Shown: positions 61,301-64,000 of the stretch, piece by piece | Layout of the letters: every line of letters starts with the position of its first letter | How positions within the stretch are numbered: the stretch's first letter is position 1 | Origin: Octopus sinensis | Taxonomy: Eukaryota | NCBI RefSeq assembly: GCF_006345805.1 | Contig: NC_043004.1 | Span: 72,664,001 to 72,728,000, forward strand | Length of the DNA stretch: 64,000 nucleotides | Reading direction: 5' to 3' | Translations under genes and position numbers: made by a program | The notes under the pieces: generated by a model | What the model was told of the DNA's origin: nothing | Seen by the model: the letters and a program-made list of their open reading frames with translations, nothing else | Databases searched by the model: none

Positions 61301-61577
61301 TACAAAAAGTAAAAGTTCTACTTAGATTTCGTTGGAGAGGTTGGGGCCGACCTCAGCACACATTTGTGGGCCCCTTCTTTCTCCTCCTTCTTCAGATAGT
61401 CCGGCAAGTTCGCGATATGCCGGATGGCGTTTGGTTTTCTGTCTTTTAATTGTTTGAACGTTGTTTCCGCAATCCACGCATATCTCTCGTTTCGATCTTT
61501 GTATTTGTTGTACAGTCTTGCTGACTGATGCGGAACCACAATATCGTTTATGTATTTGCTTTGTGTGTCGAATTCAA

Positions 61578-62657
61578 TTAATATGAGTTCATTTTTTTGT
61601 CTTCTTTTTCTGGGCCAGTTGAGCGGGATTTTTTTTTTCGTGTCTGTGGTGTGTCTTTGTTTTTATTATTTTTTGTAGGGGATGTGAACGGGGATGATGC
61701 ACGAATTCTTTTACGAACTGTTGTAAATCCCCCCTCTGATACCTCCATGGTATCGTCTGGGGTAGCAATAGTTTGTTCAATAGGCGCCGCAGTTTTTAAG
61801 GGGGTGGGAGGTTTTAATAATGTAGGGGTTTGTGAGTGCGAGGGCTGGGTTTTTTCTTCAGTTTGTTTTGGGGTTGGCACCGTAACAGCAGGAGTGGGAT
61901 TTTTTGTTTTTGTAGGGGTGGGTGAGTTTGCAAGGGTAGGGATTTTTTTATTATCTGAGGGGCCTGGTGTCTGCGGTTTCTTTTGCTTGTCTGGACAGTC
62001 TACAAGAATGTGGCCCTTTTTGCCGCAGGCGTAACAGGTGGGTCTTCGGCCTTCGACCTGTACCCTGAGGGCTACGTTCTCTCCCACGAGCACTCTCTCA
62101 GGAAGGAGCTGCAGGTCCTCCAGTGTTCCTTGAATTATTATATTAATGTTTCGCCCAAGCCAATATAGCGGGGCAGAGCATGTTACTTGTAGTATTTTAA
62201 TTTTGTCCGTCCTTTTATATAACAGGGAGGCCACTACCTCTACCGGATCTACTTCCGGCGGGGCTTCTGCAATCCTGACCCGGGACGTCCTGCGTCCCCT
62301 ATAGCTTGGGAAAAGTACCACCTCCTTGGTTTTTAGGGGGTTCACAGAATGCCCGCGGGCCACCTCTTCCCCCGAGAAGCGGACATCCACAGTGCCATAT
62401 GCCCGTCCCCTGGCGACGTACACAATGTCCTTCCAAATCGGGGACAGGCATTTCTCGATGGTGTTTTTTTCAAAGTGTTTGAACCTTCTACTTTGTGGAC
62501 AGAAGGTTTTAAACACTACGGTCCGCTTCTCGGTCTCCACGATACTTTTTCTTCCAGTTTTTCTTCCAAAGCAGTTCAATAGTTCAAAAAATTTCAATTC
62601 CCACCCCCATTCGGAGGAGGGGCACGAAAATAGTCTGGCAAGACTATATATAGTCAC
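61578..62657 (-). CDS. LINE ORF1 gag-like protein (RRM-like region, CCHC knuckle CYACGKKGHILVDC, Pro/Thr/Lys-rich tail)
   Basis: 359-aa open frame inside the element; true start codon uncertain. Confidence 0.8.
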   Translation of the reverse strand: MTIYSLARLFSCPSSEWGWELKFFELLNCFGRKTGRKSIVETEKRTVVFKTFCPQSRRFKHFEKNTIEKCLSPIWKDIVYVARGRAYGTVDVRFSGEEVARGHSVNPLKTKEVVLFPSYRGRRTSRVRIAEAPPEVDPVEVVASLLYKRTDKIKILQVTCSAPLYWLGRNINIIIQGTLEDLQLLPERVLVGENVALRVQVEGRRPTCYACGKKGHILVDCPDKQKKPQTPGPSDNKKIPTLANSPTPTKTKNPTPAVTVPTPKQTEEKTQPSHSQTPTLLKPPTPLKTAAPIEQTIATPDDTMEVSEGGFTTVRKRIRASSPFTSPTKNNKNKDTPQTRKKKSRSTGPEKEDKKMNSY

Positions 62658-62873
62658 GTAGATGAAAAAGCCACAATGGCTAACAGTTCAACCGGAGAAC
62701 AAGACAGTTCAACAACGTTCAAAAACAAATTTTCAGTAGTAAAATTCAACAATTAACAACACAGCAAAACTCTTACCGGGAACAAAACGCGTCCAAACCG
62801 TAGTAAGGTAAGCAAAGTCACTCTTTAGTCAGTGAGGTTAGCAAGCTACTTACCACACAGCCACTCCTACGCC

Positions 62874-62956
<83 letters not shown>

Positions 62957-63026
62957 TGTGTGTATGTATATATATATATATATATTATATATATACATAT
63001 ATATACACATATATATATACATATAT

Positions 63027-63190
63027 GCGACAGGCTTCTTTCAGTTTCTGACTACCAAATCCACTCACAAGGCTTTGGTCGGTCTGAGGCTATAGTAGAA
63101 GACACTTGCCCAAGGTGCCACGCAGTGGAACTGAACCCGGAACCATGTCGTTGGTAAACAAGCTACTTACCACACAGCCACTCCTGCGCC
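63027..63190 (-). mobile_element. SINE family A head/core
   Basis: Consensus reverse complement. Confidence 0.85.
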
Positions 63191-63261
63191 TTTGTTGTTT
63201 ACCTCATTTTATAAGGTTTTTTTTTATAAACTTTCTTTTTTCCCATTTTTTTATTTAAAAG

Positions 63262-63347
63262 ACATGGACCTCACAGAAATCATAGAAAAAATTGAAGCCG
63301 GTGACATGGATGGTGCGAAAAACATGGTAGAACAATATTCAGGAAGC
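63262..63347 (+). CDS. Probable first coding exon of an unidentified gene (ATG at 63264: MDLTEIIEKIEAGDMDGAKNMVEQYSGS)
   Basis: T-rich acceptor ...ttatttaaaag, strong C|gtaagt donor, open helical-looking frame; phase-0 end. Confidence 0.6.
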
Positions 63348-63407
63348 GTAAGTTGTTCTTTGTATTGCTTTCTCAAAGTTGGCAATTTATTTATTAATTT
63401 AGACATA

Positions 63408-63708
63408 ACTAGCAGTATTGCCCGGCGTTGCTCAGGTTTGTAAGGGAAATAACTATATAAGCACTTTTAGAGAGTTACTTCCCTTATATAAACCGAGCAA
63501 AAGATGGATTAAAAATGCGGAAAAATGATGGTAATTTTTTTAAAATCGTAGACTCATCGTAGACGCGCGCTAATACCCAGAAGGGCTCGATATGAATGAC
63601 GACTATAAGATACCAGCTTTTGGTTAAACTGCACCGCAAAATGTGGGAGTAGTTAGGAATCTAAATCGGAGGAGACAGACTCTCACACAACTTCAGTTTT
63701 ATATATAA

Positions 63709-63744
<36 letters not shown>

Positions 63745-63947
63745 GACTAGCAGTATCGCCCGGTGTTGTTCGGGTTTGTATTTTTTTTTAATCGTAGACT
63801 CATCGTAGACGCGCGCTAATACCCATAAGGGCTCGATATGAATGACGACTATAAGATACCCGCTTTTGGATAAACTGCACCGCAAAATGTGGGAATAGTT
63901 AAGAATCTAAATCGGAGTAGACAGACACACACACAACTTCAGTTTTT
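63408..63947 (+). mobile_element. Two tandem Helentron-associated (DINE-1/HINE-like) non-autonomous elements (63408-63712, 63746-63947)
   Basis: Both start actagcagtatYgcccgg and end cacacaacttcagtttt; no TSD seen. Confidence 0.65.
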
Positions 63948-64000
63948 GAAATCTTCCAAACTAACCACATGTATTTGTCCATAATATTTCCTTTCGTTCT

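Larger units (their letters stand above)
57654..62835 (-). mobile_element. Full-length (5182 bp) Tx1/L1-like LINE with a 16-bp TSD
   Basis: TSD, ORF1 with CCHC knuckle, APE-RT-zf ORF2. Confidence 0.93.

Noticed and set aside
40850-63347. Splicing the MVHHNCS exon (40850-40872) to the 63262 exon as one CDS
   Set aside because: Phases are incompatible: the phase-2 donor gives a stop within 11 codons.

Overview
This window is AT-rich, microsatellite-dense metazoan genomic DNA. The SINE families and repeat style suggest a coleoid cephalopod, probably Octopus (inference from recalled repeat families, not a database search). Host coding sequence is sparse. The 3' end of a + strand gene has four calcium-binding EGF exons (2279-2398, 5389-5505, 6618-6734, terminal 9654-9889); the first three are symmetric phase-1 exons unusually rich in Tyr and Arg/Lys. 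One probable start exon of an unknown gene lies at 63262-63347. The rest is mobile DNA: four SINE families, two near full-length Tx1/L1-like LINEs (18573-24268 +, 57654-62835 -), a full-length CR1-like LINE (35037-39698) whose ORF1 has a Myb/SANT-like plus tandem-CCCH architecture, several CR1/RTE fragments, an IR/DR-type DD34E Tc1 transposon, Helentron-associated-like elements, a 65-bp satellite and a 28-bp minisatellite. None of the TE ORF sets is intact. The most interesting unannotated layer is RNA structure. Twelve minimal type-I hammerhead ribozyme motifs (about seven near-canonical, the rest with core substitutions or relic) from several unrelated non-coding families were read by eye on both strands. 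Most have a family-specific palindromic stem III, the dimer-cleaving type known from Penelope-like elements. Several sit inside fold-back cassettes, including one where the inversion junction coincides with the predicted cleavage site and one 570-bp palindrome carrying a ribozyme on each strand. No Penelope RT or GIY-YIG ORF is present. All structures were folded by eye and need Infernal, RNAfold and cleavage assays.
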